34,388 nucleotides of DNA from a virus (lineage: Duplodnaviria; Caudoviricetes), in the IMG/VR virus record IMGVR_UViG_3300043036_000465, positions 1 to 34,388 of that record; one strand, written 5' to 3'. Below the pieces are notes generated by a model. The model made no database searches and was not told the DNA's origin. It worked only from the letters and a program-made list of their open reading frames with translations. A program made the translations under genes and the position numbers. Each line of letters begins with the position of its first letter. Position 1 is the stretch's first letter. Shown here piece by piece: positions 32,640-34,388 of the stretch.

Positions 32640-34388
32640 GCGGACAAAGCCCGCAGCTGCTGATTGGTCAGGCGCGCCGGATAGAAGGTCAGCGCCTGCA
32701 TATAACCCGTAAAGGCATTGCCGCCGTCTGCGTTTTGGCAACCGATACCTATCCGGTCAGGGAAAGGTAGATTGCCTAATGGGTCGGTGCCAACCGTTCC
32801 GCCATTTGCCGAAACTGCAAAATCGTCTGTGCGATAGGCGTATGCGATCTTGCGGACGCTGCTATTTCCAAGCGGCATGGCACCACCGAGGTTTGCCTGA
32901 TTAACGCCAAGAACAGTAGTAAATGCGTTCCAACCAGGGCCGTAACCACCAGACAAAATTAGCTGGTGTTTAGAGTCGCTGACAGCCGCACTGTCAATTT
33001 CGTAGACAAACGGGAAGTCATTTCCCCCACCATTATTGATGCCTGTTGTGGTTGCAACAAACTTAGAAACAATTGTTCCTTCGCTCTGGTTGTACCAGCT
33101 TGCAAAGTTTGTTCCCGTCATTGTCACAATGTCAACCGCGCGCGTGACCGTAGAGGCCACGGTGGGGATGTAACTGGTGGCAAACGCACCGGCTTCGAGT
33201 TGCGCGCCGTAGAGGAAGGCGCCCGACACGCCATCACCTGTGTAGGTAATAGACCCGGCATCCATAAGATTTACATAGCAAGTTGTTGTAGTGCTATCCG
33301 CCGCGCCAATTACCGACACTCGATACCATCCGCCACCCGCGTTGGTTATCGTAGCGGTGCCTGTAACTACCGAAATAGTGCCTGCTATAAGGTTTACAGT
33401 GCAATCGGCAAAAGTAGCTGTGCCGACAGAACGCACCCTAACAGTAGTACGCTCCCCAGCCTTTAAATACACGCTATAAGTGTAACTTACCCCACTAAGA
33501 GTTGTTACTGCTTGCTGAACACGGTGCTGCGTAGTGGCGGATGTATTATCCACCAGCTTTTCAGCGTTTACCGTGCCGTCAGGCGAAGTCGTAGCGTTGG
33601 CAGTTATAGTAGAGCCGGTTTTTACCCACGCCGCGTTGTCAAACTCCGCCGAATAAAACAGCAAGTTTGACCGCTGCTCCTCCATCAGCAGGCCAAGCGG
33701 GCCCAGCGTGACCGGATCGTAGTCAAAGCGCGGGCCGTAGTAAGCCGAGGCAACCGTCTGCACATACGTTGATGGCAGCGTCTGGTAGGTCACGGCTTCA
33801 AACTGCGCCCCCCAGATAAATAGGCCGCTGGTGCCATCGCCCGCGTAACTGCCTGTGTTAGGTGGTAGTGCCAAAAAAACAGATGGGCTGTTTGTCGCTG
33901 TCAAAGTAGCGGCTGCGCTGATGGACACGCGCCACCACCCGCCCGAAACAAGGACTGCAGAAGATGCTGTTACGGATGCAGAAACATCCGTTATCGCGCC
34001 CGTCAACAGATTGACGTAAAATGATGGACGCGTTGTAAAAGCATTTCCCGCAGTAGTTGGGTGCATAGCAACAAATGCAACCGTTCTTTCGCCTGCCTTT
34101 AAGAATATTGACCACGTGTATGCGGTGCCAGCGGTCATGCTTATTGCTGCAACAGACGTTCTATGTGTGTCAGTAGACGTATCTTCAACCAGTTTGTCGC
34201 CGGTCATTGTTCCGTCTGGCGCGGTCATCACATCTGCGGTGATGCTGGCTCTGGTTTTGTTCCATGCCGGATTGCTGGGCTCTTGAGAGTATGTTGCTAG
34301 ATTATTCGGCGCGTAGGTCACACGCCCGGTGGCGTCCACCAGTGTGGCGTTCGTCGTGCGGCTAAACGTGATGCGGCTGTCCAGCGTG
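32636..34388 (-). CDS. Head spike fibre-like protein (Rcc01080-like), 5' end outside the window
   Basis: Frame stays open to the window edge (TLDSRITFSRTTNATLVDATG...); PRFDYDP...GLLMEEQRSNL, two CBM-like repeats ending GAQxEA, LamG-like C-terminus. Confidence 0.75.
   Translation of the reverse strand, partial: TLDSRITFSRTTNATLVDATGRVTYAPNNLATYSQEPSNPAWNKTRASITADVMTAPDGTMTGDKLVEDTSTDTHRTSVAAISMTAGTAYTWSIFLKAGERTVAFVAMHPTTAGNAFTTRPSFYVNLLTGAITDVSASVTASSAVLVSGGWWRVSISAAATLTATNSPSVFLALPPNTGSYAGDGTSGLFIWGAQFEAVTYQTLPSTYVQTVASAYYGPRFDYDPVTLGPLGLLMEEQRSNLLFYSAEFDNAAWVKTGSTITANATTSPDGTVNAEKLVDNTSATTQHRVQQAVTTLSGVSYTYSVYLKAGERTTVRVRSVGTATFADCTVNLIAGTISVVTGTATITNAGGGWYRVSVIGAADSTTTTCYVNLMDAGSITYTGDGVSGAFLYGAQLEAGAFATSYIPTVASTVTRAVDIVTMTGTNFASWYNQSEGTIVSKFVATTTGINNGGGNDFPFVYEIDSAAVSDSKHQLILSGGYGPGWNAFTTVLGVNQANLGGAMPLGNSSVRKIAYAYRTDDFAVSANGGTVGTDPLGNLPFPDRIGIGCQNADGGNAFTGYMQALTFYPARLTNQQLRALSA

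Larger units (their letters stand above)
1..34388. mobile_element. Near-complete temperate siphovirus genome (lambda-like packaging, P4-like replication), probably excised, circular or virion form
   Basis: Terminase, portal, capsid, tail, lysis, integrase, repressor and replication modules all present; no host housekeeping genes; attP has phage genes on both sides. Confidence 0.95.

Noticed and set aside
32636-34388. Diversity-generating retroelement TR/VR pair
   Set aside because: The duplicated modules differ throughout rather than only at adenines, and there is no reverse transcriptase in the window

Overview
The window holds a nearly complete temperate siphovirus genome, GC-rich and probably from an alphaproteobacterial host (alpha-type LexA boxes; Sphingomonadales is my guess from the tRNA-Gly fragment). 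It appears to be non-integrated, because an intact attP lies between the integrase and the lysis genes with phage genes on both sides. From left to right: a putative late regulator with a pR'/tR'-like promoter and terminator; an iteron-rich origin; P4/D5-type helicase and Zn-finger/Toprim primase; thioredoxin; CII-like and Cro-like genes (all minus); a CI-like repressor and an early operon with an adenine methyltransferase, Xis-like gene and tyrosine integrase (plus); attP; then a long minus-strand late operon. In transcription order the late operon is head-spike fibre (cut off by the window edge), spike base, TerS, TerL, gpW, portal, protease-capsid fusion, cement, head-tail and tail genes with a -1 frameshifted chaperone, tape measure, tail tip and fibre, holin, a T5 A1-like metallophosphoesterase, M15 endolysin and spanins. 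The most interesting signals are: (1) a repressor with no self-cleavage domain followed by two perfect alphaproteobacterial LexA boxes placed to control a transcript antisense to cI; (2) an attP core matching the 5' half of tRNA-Gly(CCC); (3) matching twin hairpins, each split by a single C, after the first gene of both early operons (HK022 put-like layout); (4) an RcGTA-like head-spike module upstream of the terminase; (5) an A1-like enzyme inside the lysis cassette. All family assignments come from motif recognition and synteny, not database searches.
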